Shown here: in pieces, positions 1 to 15,200 of the stretch | Numbering within the stretch: the first letter of the stretch is position 1 | How the letters are laid out: each line of letters starts with the position of its first letter | Origin: Eledone cirrhosa | Lineage: Eukaryota | Reading direction: 5' to 3' | DNA length: 64,000 nucleotides | NCBI GenBank assembly: GCA_964016885.1 | Contig: OZ024741.1 | Location: 401,202,001 to 401,266,000 of the forward strand | Program-made: the position numbers and the translations under genes | Notes under the pieces: model-generated | Databases searched by the model: none | What the model was told of the DNA's origin: nothing | The model's input: only the letters and a program-made list of their open reading frames with translations

Positions 1-3000
1 CTCTCTCCAAACAGTGAGTGTGTTTTACTATTTTTGGCAATATTATAACCATATGACCCTCCCCAAACAGTGAGTGTGTTTTACTATTTTTGGCAATATT
101 ATAACAATATTACCCTCCCCAAACAGTGAGTGTGTTTTACTATTTTTGGCAATATTATAACAATATGCCCCTCCCCAAACAATGAGTGTGTTTTACTATT
201 TTTGGCAATATTATAACAAATGACCCTCCCCAAACGGTCAGTGTGTTTTACTATTTTTGGCAATATTATAACAATATGACCCTCCCCAAACAGTGAGTGT
301 GTTTTACTATTTTTGGCAATATTATAACAATATGACCCTCCCCAAATAGTGAGTGTGTTTTACTATTTTTGGCAATATTATAACAATATGACCCTACCCA
401 AACAGTGAGTGTGTTTTACTATTTTTGGCAATATAATAACAATATGACCTTCCCGAAACAGTGAATTTGTTTTACTATTTTTCGTTATATTATAATAATA
501 TCACTCGCCCCAAACAGTGAGTGTGTTTTACTATTTTTGGCAATATTATAACAATATGACCCTCCCCAAACAGTGAGTGTGTTTTACTATTTTTGACAAT
601 ATTATAACAATATAACCCTCCCCAAACAGTGAGTGTGTTTTAGTATTTTTGGCAATATTATAACAATATGACCCTCCCAAAACAGTGTGTGTGTTTAACT
701 ATTTTTGGCAATATTAGAACAATATGACCCTACCCAAACAGTGAGTGAATTTTTCCTATTTTTGGTAATATTACGACATGATCCTCCACAATCAGTGAGT
801 GTGTTTTACTATTTGTGGCAATATTATAACAATATGACCCTTCCCAAACAGTGAGTGTGTTTTACTATTTGTGGCAATATTATAACAATATGACCCTTCC
901 CAAACAGTGAGTGTGTTTTACTATTTTTGGCAATAATATAACAATATGAGTCTACCCAAACAGTGAGTGTGATTTACTATTTTTGGCAATATTATAACAA
1001 TATGACTCTCCCCAAACAGTGAGTGTCTTTTACTATTTTTGGCAATATTATAACAATGTGACCCTCCCCAAACATTGAGTGTGTTTTACTATTTTTGGCA
1101 ATATTATAACAATATGACCCTCCTCAAACAGTGAGTGTGTTCTAATATTTTTGGCAATATTATAACAATATGTCCCTCTCCAAACAGTGAGTTTGTTTTA
1201 CTATTTTTGGCAATATTATAACAATATGACCCTTCCCAAACAGTGAGTGTGTTTTACTATTTTTGGCAATATTATAACAATATAACCCTCCCCAAACAGT
1301 GAGTGTGTTTTAGTATTTTTGGCAATATTTTTAACAATATGACCCTCCCAAAACAGTGTGTGTGTTTTACTATTTTTGGCAATATTATAACAATATGACC
1401 CTACCCAAACAGTGAGTGAATTTTTCCTATTTTTGGTAATATTAGGACATGATCCTCCACAATCAGTGAGTGTGTTTTACTATTTGTGGCAATATTATAA
1501 CAATATGACCCTTCCCAAACAGTGAGTGTGTTTTACTATTTGTGGCAATATTATAACAATATGACCCTTCCCAAACAGTGAGTGTGTTTTACTATTTTTG
1601 GCAATAATATAACAATATGACCCTCCTCAAACAGTGAGTGTGTTCTAATATTTTTGGCAATATTATAACAATATGTCCCTCTCCAAACAGTGAGTTTGTT
1701 TTACTATTTTTGGAAATATTATAACAATATGACTCTCCCCAAACAGTGAGTGTGTTTTACTATTTTTGGCAATATTAGGGCAACATGACCCTCCCCAAAC
1801 AGTGAGTGTGTTTTACTATTTTTGGCAATATTAGGCATGACCCTTCGCAAACAGTGAGTGTGTTCTACTATTTTTGGCAATATTATAACAATATGACTCT
1901 CCCCAAACAGTGGGTGTGTTTTACTATTTTTAGCAATATTATAACAATATCACCCTACCCAAACAGTGAGTGTTTTTTACTATTTTTGGCAATATTATAA
2001 CAATATGACCCTCCCCAAACAGTGAGCGTGTTTTACTATTTTTGGCAATATTATAACAATATGACCCTCCCCAAACAGTCAGTGTGTTTTACTATTTTTG
2101 GCAATATTAGGGCAACATGACCCTCCCCAAACAATGAGTGTGTTTTACTATTTTTTCCAATATTAGGCATGACTTTCCGCAAACAGTTAGTGTGTTCTAC
2201 TATTTGTTGCAATATAATAACAATATGACCCTCCCCAAACAGTGAGTTTGTTTTACTATTTTTGGCAATATTATAACAATATGACCCTCCCCAAACAGTG
2301 AGTGTGTTTTACTATTTTTGGCAATATTATAACAATATGACCCTACCCAAACAGTGAGTGTGTTTTACTATTTTTGGCAATATTATAACTATATGACCCT
2401 CCCCAAACAGTGAGTTTGTTTTACTATTTTTCCCAATATTATAACAATATGTCTCTCCCGAAACAGTGAGTGTGTTTTACTATTTTTGGCAATATTAGGG
2501 CAACATGACCTTCCCCAAACAGTGAGTGTTTTTTACTGTTTTTGGATATATTATATCAATATGTCCCTCACCAAACAGTGAGTGTGTTTTACTATTTTTG
2601 GCAATATTAGGCATGACCGTCCGCAAACAGTGAGTGTGCTCTACTATTTTTGGCAATATTATAACAATATGACTCTCCCCAAACAGTGAGTGTGTTTTAC
2701 TATTTTTGGCAATTATAGGGCAACATGACCCTCCCCAAACAGTGAGTGTGTTTTACTATTTTTTCCAGTATTAGGCATGACCTTCCGCAAACAGTGAGTG
2801 TGTTCTACTATTTTTGGCAATATTATAACAATATGACTCTCCCCAAACAGTGAGTGTGTTTTACTATTTTTGGCAATATTATAACAATATGACCCTCCCC
2901 AAACAGTGAGTGTGTTTTACTATTTTTGGCAATATTATAACAATATGACCCTACCCAAACAGTGAGTGTGTTTTACTATTTTTGGCAATATTATAACTAT

Positions 3001-3263
3001 ATGACCCTCCCCAAACAGTGAGTTTGTTTTACTATTTTTCCCAATATTATAACAATATGTCTCTCCCGAAACAGTGAGTGTGTTTTACTATTTTTTCCAA
3101 TATTAGGCATGACCTTCCGCAAACAGTGAGTGTGTTCTACTATTTTTGGCAATATTATAACAACATGACTCTCCCTAAACAGTGAGTGCGTTTTACTAAT
3201 TTTGGCAATATTATAACAATATGTCCCTACACAAACAGTGAGTGTGTTTTACTATATTTGGCA
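1..3263. repeat. 56-bp tandem satellite, ~58 copies (runs off the window start)
   Basis: Consensus ATGACCCTCCCCAAACAGTGAGTGTGTTTTACTATTTTTGGCAATATTATAACAAT. ACAGTGAG recurs at 11, 67, 123 (period 56). Shortened variants (…ATTAGGCATGACC…) appear in the distal half. Confidence 0.97.
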
Positions 3264-6200
3264 CATTGAGACACAGAGACACACATTGAGACACAGAGAC
3301 ACACATTGAGACACAGACACACATTGAGATACAGAGACACATTGAGACACAGAGACACATTGAGACACAGAGACACATTGAGACACAGAAACACATTGAG
3401 ATACAGAGACACATTGAGACACAGAGACACATTGAGACACAGAGACACATTGAGACACACAGACACATTGAGACACAGAGATACATTGAGACACAGAGAC
3501 ACATTGAGACACAGAGACACATTGAGACACAGAGACACATTGAGACACAGAGACACATTGAGACACATTGTGACACAGAGACACACATTTAGACACAGAG
3601 ACACACATTGAGAAACAGACACAAATTGAGACACAGAGACACACATTGAGGCACAGACACACATTGAGATACAGAGACACATTGAGACACAGAGACACAT
3701 TGAAACACAGACGCACATTGAGACACAGAGACACACATTGAGACACAGACACACATTGAGACACAGAGACACATTGAGACACAGAGATACATTGAGACAC
3801 AGAGACACCCATTGAAACACAGAGACACACATTGAGATACAGAGACACACATTGAGATACAGAGACACACATTGAGATTCAGAAACACATTAAAACACAC
3901 AGACACAGAGACACATTGAGACACAGAGACACACATTGATACACAGAGACACATTGAGACACAGAGACACGTTGAGACACAGAGACACATTGAGACACAG
4001 TGACACACATTGAGTCACAGAGACACATTGAGACACAGAGACACACATTGAGACACAGACACACATTGAGACACAGAGACACACATTGAGACACAGAGAC
4101 ACATTGAGACACACATTGAGACACAGAGACACATTGAGACACAGAGACAAACATAGAGACACAGAGACACACATTGAGATACAGACACACATTGAGACAC
4201 AGAGACACACATTGAGACACAGAGACACATTGAGACACAGAGACACATTGAGATACAGACACACATTGAGACACAGACACACATTGAGACACAGAGACAC
4301 ATTGAGACACAGACACACATTGAGACACAGAGACACACAGAGACATATTGAGACACAGAGACACATTGAGACACAGAGACACATTGAGACACAGACACAC
4401 ATTGAGACACATTGAGACACATAGACACATTGAGACACAGAACCACACATTGAGACACAGAGACACACATTGATCCACAGAGACACAGACACACATTGAG
4501 ACACAGACACACATTGAGACACAGAGACAATCATTGAGACACAGAGACACATTGAGACACAGAGACACATTGAGACACAGACACACATTGAGACACAAAC
4601 ACACATTGAGACACAGACACACATTGAGACACAGAGACACATTCAGACACAGAGACACACATTGAGACACAGAGACACACATTGAAAAACAGAGACACAT
4701 TGAGACACAGGGACACATTGAGACACAGACACACATTGAGACCCAGAGACACATTGAGACACAGAGACACATTGTGACACATTGAGACATTGAAACACAG
4801 AGACACATTGAGACACAAAGACACATTGAGACACAGCCACCCATTGAGACACAGACACACATTGAGACACAGAGACACATTGAGACACAGAGACACATTG
4901 AGACCCAGAGACACACATTTAGACACAGAGACACACATTGAGAAACAGACACACATTGAGACACAGAGACACACATTGAGGCACAGACACACATTGAGAT
5001 AGAGAGACACATTATGACACAAAGACACATTGAAACAAAGACGCACATTGAGACACAGAGACACACATTGAGACACAGACACACATTGAGACACAGAGAC
5101 ACACATTGAGACACAGAGACACATTGAGACACAGGGACACACATTGAGACACAGACACACATTGAGACACAGAGACACACATTGAGACACAGAGACACAC
5201 ATTGAGACACAGAGACACATTGAGACACAGAGACACATTGAGATACAGACACACATTGAGGCACAGACACACATTGAGACACAGAGACACATTGAGACAC
5301 AGACACACATTGAGACACATTGAGACACATAGTCACATTGAGACACAGAGACACACATTGAGACACAGAGGCACACATTGAGACACAGAGACACATTCAG
5401 ACACAGAGACACACATTGAGACACAGAGACACACTTTGAAACACAGAGACACATTGAGACACAGGGACACATTGAGACACAGACACACATTGAGATCCAG
5501 AGACACATTGAGACGCAGAGACACATTGTGACACATTGAAACACAGAGACACATTGAGACACAGAGACACAGACACCCATTGAGACACAGACACACATTG
5601 AGACACAGAGACCCATTGAGACACAGAGACACATTGAGACACAGAGACACACATTTAGACACAGAGACACACATTGAGAAACAGACACACATTGAGACAC
5701 AGAGACACCCATTGAGACACAGACACACATTGAGACACATACACACATTGAGATAGAGAGACACATTCAGACACTGAGACACATTGAAACATAGACGCAC
5801 ATTGAGACACAGCGACACACATTGAGACACAGACACACATTGAGACACAGAGACACATTGAGACACAGAGACACACATTGAGACACAGACACACATTGAG
5901 ACACAGAGACACACATTGAGACACAGAGACACACATTGAGACACAGAGACACATTGAGATACAGACACACATTGAGACACAGACACACATTGAGACACAG
6001 AGACACTCATTGAGACAGAGAGACACATTGAGACACAGACAGACACAGAGACATATTGAGACACAGAGACACATTGAGACATAGAGACACATTGAGACAC
6101 AGACACACATTGAGACACATTGAGACACATTGAGACACATTGAGACACATTGAGACACATAGACACATTGAGACACAGAGACACACATTGAGACACAGAG

Positions 6201-9200
6201 GCACACATTGAGACACAGAGACACACATTCATCCACAGAGACACATTGAGACACAGACACACATTGACACACAGAGACACAGAGATACATTGAGACACAG
6301 ACACACATTGAGACACAGACACACATTGAGACACAGAGACACATTGAGACACAGACAGACACAGAGACACACAGAGACATATTAAGACACACAGTCACAT
6401 TGAGACAGACACACATTGAGACACAGACACACATTGAGACACAGAGACACTCATTGAGACAGAGAGACACATTGAGACACAGAGACACATTGAGACACAG
6501 ACACACATTGAGACTCAAACACACATTGTGACACAGACACACATTGAGACACAGAGACACATTGAGACACAGAGACACACATTGAGACACAGAGACACAC
6601 ATTGAAACACAGAGATACATTGAGACACAGGGACACATTGAGACACAGACACACATTGAGACCCAGAGACACATTGAGACACAGAGACACATTGTGACAC
6701 ATTGAGACACAGCCACACATCGAAACACAGAGACACATTGAGACACAGAGACACATTGAGACACAGACACACATTGAGACACAGACACACGTTGAGACAC
6801 ATAGGCACATTGAGACACAGAGACACACATTGAGAGACAGACACACATTGAGACACAGACACTCATTGAGATACAGAGACACATTGAGACACAGACACAC
6901 ATTGAGACACAGAGACACACATTGAGACACAGACATACATTGAGACACAGAGACACATTGAGACACAGACACACATTGAGACACAGAGACACATTGAGAC
7001 ACAGAGACACATTGAGACACAGACACACATTGAGACACAGAGACACATTGAGACACAGACACACATTGAGACACAGACACACATTGAGACACAGAGACAC
7101 AGACACACATTGAGACACAGCGACACACATTGAGACACAGACCCACATTGAGATACAGAGACACATTGTGACACAGACACACATTGAGACACAGACACAC
7201 ATTGAGATACAGAGACACATTGAGACACTGACACACATTGAGACACAAATACACAGACACACATTGAGACACAGAGATACACATTGAGACACAGACCCAC
7301 ATTGAGATACAGAGACACACATTGAGATTCAGAAACACATTGAATCACAGAGACACAGAGACACATTGAGACACAGAGACACACATTGAGACACAGAGAC
7401 ACATTGAGACACAGAGACACGTTGAGACACAGAGACACATTGAGACACAGTGACACACATTGAGTCACAGAGACACATTGAGACACAGACACACATTGAG
7501 ACACAGAGACACACATTGAGACACAGAGACACACATTGAGACACAGAGACACACATTGAGATACACACACACATTGAGACACAGGGACACACATTGAGAC
7601 ACAGACCCACATTGAGATACAGAGACACATTGAGACACAGACACACATTGAGACACAGACACACATTGAGACACAGAGACACATTGAGACACAGACACAC
7701 ATTGAGACACAGACATACATTGAGACACAGATACACAGACACACATTGAGACACAGAGATACACATTGAGATACAGACCCACATTGAGATACAGAGACAC
7801 ACATTGAGATTCAGAAACACATTGAAACACAGAGACACAGAGACACATTGAGACACAGAGACACACATTGAGACACAGAGACACATTGAGACACAGAGAC
7901 ACGTTGAGACACAGAGACACATTGAGACACAGTGACACACATTGAGTCACAGAGACACATTGAGACACAGAGACACACATTGAGACACAGACACACATTG
8001 AGACACAGAGACACACATTGAGACACAGAGACACACATTGAGACACAGAGACACATTGAGACACAGAGACACATTGAGACACAGAGACACACATTGTGAT
8101 ACAGACACACATTGAGACACAGAGACACACATTGAGACACAGAGACACATTGAGACACAGAGACACATTGAGATACAGACACACATTGAGACACAGACAC
8201 ACATTGAGACACAGAGACACATTGAGACACAGACACACATTGAGACATAGAGACACACAGAGAGATATTGAGAAACAGAGACACATTGAGACACAGGCAC
8301 AGATTGAGACACATTGAAACACAGACACACATTGAGAAACAGACACTCATTGAGATACAGAGACATATTGAGACACAGAGACACACATTGAGACACAGAC
8401 ATAGATTGAGACACAGAGACACTTTGAGACACAGACACACACATTGAAACGCAGAGACACATTGAGACACAGACACACATTGAGACACAGACACACATTG
8501 CCACACAGACACACATTGACACACAGACACATTGAGACACAGAGACACATTGAGACACAGATACACATTGAGACTCAGAGACACATTGAGACACAGCCAC
8601 ACATTGAGTCACAGAGACACATTGAGATCCACAGACACATTGAGACACAGACACATTGAGATCCACATACACATTGAGACACAGACACACATTGAGACAC
8701 AGACACACATTGAGACACAGAGACACATTGAGACACAGACACATTGAGATCCACATACACATTGAGACACAGACACACATTGAGACACAGATACACATTG
8801 AGACACAGAGACACTAATTGAGAGACAGAGACACAGAGACACATTGAGACACAGAGACACATTGAGACACAGACACACATTGAGACACAGAGACACGTTG
8901 AGACACAGACACACATTGAGACACAGACACACATTGAGACACAGAGACACACATTGAGATTCAGAAACACATTGAAACACAGAGAAACAGGCACATTGAG
9001 ACACAGAGACAGACATTGAGACACAGAGACACATTGAGACACAGACACACATTGAGATATAGACACACATTGAGACACAGAGACACACATTGAGACACAG
9101 AGACACATTGAGACACAGAGACACACATTGAGACACAGAGACACATTGAGTCACAGAGACACACATTGAGATACAGACACACATTGAGACACAGAGACAC

Positions 9201-12200
9201 ACATTGAGACACAGAGACACATTGAGACACAGACACATTGAGATACAGACACACATTGAGACACAGACACTCATTGAGACACAGAGACACACAGAGACAT
9301 ATTGAGACACAGAGACACATTGAGACACAGAGACACATTGAGACACAGACACACATTGAGACACATTGAGACACATAGACACATTGAGACACAGAGACAC
9401 ACATTGAGACACAGAAGCACACATTGAGACACAGAGACACACATTGATCCACAGAGACACATTGAGACACAGACACACATTGAGACACAGACACACATTG
9501 AGACACAGAGACACGGTGACACATTGAAACACAGAGACACATTGAGACACAGGCACACATTGAGACACAAACACACATTGAGACACAGACACACATTGAG
9601 ACACAGAGACACACATTGAAACACAGAGACACATTGAGACACAGGGACACATTGAGACACAGACACACATTGAGACCTAGAGACACATTGAGACACAGAG
9701 ACATATTGGGACACATTGAGACACAGAGACACATTGTGACACATTGAGACACAGAGACACATTGAGACACAGACACAAATTGAGACACAGACACACATTG
9801 AGACACAGAGACACATTGAGACACAGAGACACATTGAGACACAGACAGACACAGAGACACACAGAGACATATTGAGACACGTAGACACATTGAAACACAG
9901 AGACACACATTGAGACACAGAGGCACACATTGAGACACAGAGACACACATTGATCCACAGAGACACATTGAGACACAGACAGACACAGATACACACAGAG
10001 ACATATTGAGACACACAGACACAGAGATACATTGAGACACAGACACACATTGAGACACAGACACACATTGAGACACAGACACACATTGAGACACAGAGAC
10101 ACTCATTGAGACAGAGAGACACATTGAGACACAGAGACACATAGAGACACAGACACACATTGAGACACAAACACACATTGAGACACAGACACACATTGAG
10201 ACACAGAGGCACATTGAGACACAGAGACACATTGAGACACAGACACACATTGAGACACAGACACACATTGAGACACATTGAGACACATAGACACATTGAG
10301 GCTCAGAGACAGATTGAGACACAGAAACACATTGAGACACAGAGACACATTGAGACGCAGACACACATTGAGACTCAGAGACACATTGAGACACAGAGTC
10401 ACATTGAGACACAGACACACATTGAGACACAGACACACATTGAGACACACACAGACACAGAGACATATTGAGACACAGAGACACATTGAGACACAGACAC
10501 ACATTGAGACACAAGACACATTGAGACACAGACACACATTGAGCCACAGAGACACATTGAGACACAGAAAAACATTGAGAAACAGAGACACATTGAGACA
10601 CAGAGACACATTGAGATACAGACACACATTGAGACACAGACACACATTGAGACACAGAGACACATTGAGACACACACAGACACAGAGACATATTGAGACA
10701 CAGAGACACATTGAGACACAGACACACATTGAGACACATTGAGACACATAGACACATTGAGACACAGAGACACACATTGAGACACAGAGGCACACATTGA
10801 GACACAGAGACACATTGTGACACATTGAAACACAGACACACATTGAGACTCAGAGACACATTGAGACACAGAAAAACATTGAGATACAGAGACACATTGA
10901 GACACAGAGACACATTGAGAAACAGAGACACACATTGAGAAACAGAGACACATTGAGACACAGAGACACATTGAGATACAGACACACATTGAGACACAGA
11001 CACACATTGAGACACAGAGACACATTGAGACACACACAGACACAGAGACATATTGAGACACAGAGACACATTGAGACACAGACACACATTGAGACACATT
11101 GAGACACATAGACACATTGAGACACAGAGACACACATTGAGACACAGAGGCACACATTGAAACACAGAGACACATTGTGACACATTGAGACACAGACACA
11201 TATTGAAACACAGAGACACATTGAGACACAGAGACACATTGAGACACAGACACACATTGAGACACAGACACACGTTGAGACACATAGACACATTGAGACA
11301 CAGAGACATACATTGAGAGACAGACACACATTGAGACACAGACACTCATTGAGATACAGAGACACATTGAGACACAGACACACGTTGAGACAGAGACACA
11401 CATTGAGACACAGACATACATTGAGACACAGAGACACATTGAGACACAGACACACATTGAGACACAGAGATACATTGAGACACAGAGACACATTGAGACA
11501 CAGACACACATTGAGACACAGAGACACGTTGAGACACAGACACACATTGAGACACAGACACACATTGAGACACAGAGATACACATTGAGACACAGACACA
11601 CATTGAGATACAGAGACACACATTGAGATTCAGAAACACATTGAAACACAGAGACACAGACACATTGAGACACAGAGACAGACATTGAGACACAGAGACA
11701 CACATTGAGACACAGAGACACATTGAGACACAGAGACACATTGAGACACTAGACACACATTGAGACACAGAGACACATTGAGACACAGAGACACACATTG
11801 AGATACAGACACACATTGAGACACAGAGACACACATTGAGACACAGAGACACATTGAGACACAGAGACACATTGAGACACAGAGACACATTGAGACACTA
11901 GACACACATTGAGACACAGAGACACATTGAGACACAGAGACACACATTGAGATACAGACACACATTGAGACACAGAGACACACATTGAGACACAGAGACA
12001 CATTGAGACACAGAGACACACATTGAGACACAGAGACACATTGAGACACAGAGACACACATTGAGATACAGACACACATTGAGACACAGAGACACACATT
12101 GAGACACAGAGACACATTGAGACACAGAGACACATTGAGATACAGACACACATTCAGACACAGAGACACGTTGAGATACAGATACACGTTGAGACACAGA

Positions 12201-15200
12201 CACACATTGAGACACAGAGACACACAGAGACATATTGAGACACAGAGACACATTGAGACACAGAGACACATTGAGACACAGACACACATTGAGACACATT
12301 GAGACACAGAGACACATTGAGACACAGAGACACACATTGAGACACAGAAGCACACATTGAGACACAGAGACACACATTGATCCACAGAGACACATTGAGA
12401 CACAGACACACGTTGAGACACAGACCCACATTGAGACACAGAGACACTCATTGAGACACAGAGACACATTGAGACACAGAGACACATTGAGACACAGACA
12501 CACATTGAGACACAAACACACATTTAGACACAGACAAACATTGAGACACAGAGACACATTCAGACACAGAGACACACATTGAGACACAGAGACACACATT
12601 GCAACACAGAGACACATTGAGACACGGGGACACATTGAGACACAGACACACATTGAGACCCACAGACACATTGAGACACAGAGACACATTGTGACACATT
12701 GAGACACAGCCACACGTTGAAACACAGAGACACATTGAGACAAAGAGACACATTGAGACACAGACACAAATTGAGACACAGACACACATTGAGACACAGA
12801 GACACATTGAGACACAGAGACACACATTGAGACGCAGACACACATTGAGACACAGACACACATTGAGACACAGAGACACTCATTGAGACAGAGAGACACA
12901 TTGAGACACAGAGACACATTGAGACACAGACACACATTGAGACACAAACACACATTGAGACACAGATACACATTGAGACACAGAGACACATTGAGACACA
13001 GAGACACATTGAGACACATTGAGACACATTGAGACACATAGACACATTGAGACACAGAGACACACATTGAGACACAGAGGCACACATTGAGACACAGAGA
13101 CACACATTCATCCACAGAGACACATTGAGACACAGACACACATTGACACACAGAGACACAGAGATACATTGAGACACAGACACACATTGAGACACAGACA
13201 CACATTGAGACACAGAGACACATTGAGACACAGACAGACACAGAGACACACAGAGACATATTAAGACACACAGTCACATTGAGACAGACACACATTGAGA
13301 CACAGACACACATTGAGACACAGACACACATTGAGACACAGACACACATTGAGGCTCAGAGACACATTGAGACACAGAAACACATTGAGACACAGAGACA
13401 CATTGAGACGCAGACACACATTGAGACTCAGAGACACATTGAAACACAGAGACACATTGAGACACAGACACACATTGAGACACAGACACACATTGAGACA
13501 CACACAGACACAGAGACATATTGAGACACAGAGACACATTGAGACACAGACACACATTGAGTCACAGAGACACATTGAGACACAGACACACATTGAGACA
13601 CAGAGACACATTGAGACACACACACACATTGAGCCACAGAGACACATTGAGACACAGAGACACATTGAGACACAGACACACATTGAAACACAGACACACA
13701 TTGAGACTCAGAGACACATTGAGACACAGAAAAACATTGAGATACAGAGACACATTGAGATACAGAGACACATTGAGAAACAGAGACACACATTGAGAAA
13801 CAGAGACACATTGAGACACAGAGACACATTGAGATACAGACACACATTGAGACACAGACACACATTGAGACACAGAGACACATTGAGACACACACAGACA
13901 CAGAGACATATTGAGACACAGAGACACATTGAGACACAGACACACATTGAGACACATAGACACATTGAGACACAGAGACACACATTGAGACACAGAGGCA
14001 CACATTGAGACACAGAGACACATTGTGACACATTGAGACACAGACACACATTGAAACACAGAGACACATTGAGACACAGAGACACATTGAGACACAGACA
14101 CACATTGAGACACAGACACACGTTGAGACACATAGACACATTGAGACACAGAGACATACATTGAGAGACAGACACACATTGAGACACAGACCCTCATTGA
14201 GATACAGAGACACATTGAGACACAGACACACGTTGAGACAGAGACACACATTGAGACACAGACATACATTGAGACACAGAGACACATTGAGACACAGACA
14301 CACATTGAGACACAGAGATACATTGAGACACAGAGACACATTGAGACACAGACACACATTGAGACACAGAGACACGTTGAGACACAGACACACATTGAGA
14401 CACAGACACACATTGAGACACAGAGATACATATTGAGACACAGACCCACATTGAGATACAGAGACACACATTGAGATTCAGAAACACATTGAAACTCAGA
14501 GACACAGACACATTGAGGCACAGAGACAGACATTGAGACACAGAGACACACAGACACATTGAGACACAGAGACACATTGAGACACTAGACACACATTGAG
14601 ATACAGACACACATTGAGACACAGAGACACACATTGAGACACAGAGACACATTGAGACACAGAGACACACATTGAGACACAGAGACACATTGAGACACAG
14701 AGACACACATTGAGATACAGACACACATTGAGACACAGAGACACACATTGAGACACAGAGACACATTGAGACACAGAGACACATTGAGATACAGACACAC
14801 ATTGAGACACAGAGACACGTTGAGATACAGACACACATTGAGACACAGACACACATTGAGACACAGAGACACACAGAGACATATTGAGACACAGAGACAC
14901 ATTGAGACACAGAGACACATTGAGACACAGACACACATTGAGACACATTGAGACACATTGAGACACATAGAAACATTGAGACACAGACACACATTGAGAC
15001 ACAGAGACACTCATTGAGACACAGAGACACATTGAGACACAGAGACACATTGAGACACAGACACACATTGAGACACAAACACACATTTAGACACAGACAC
15101 ACATTGAGACACAGAGACACATTCAGACACAGAGACACACATTGAGACACAGAGACACACATTGGAACACAGAGACACATTGAGACACAGGGACACATTG

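Noticed and set aside
1-3263. CRISPR-like regular repeat
   Set aside because: Units are contiguous with no unique spacers, there are no cas genes and the context is eukaryotic.
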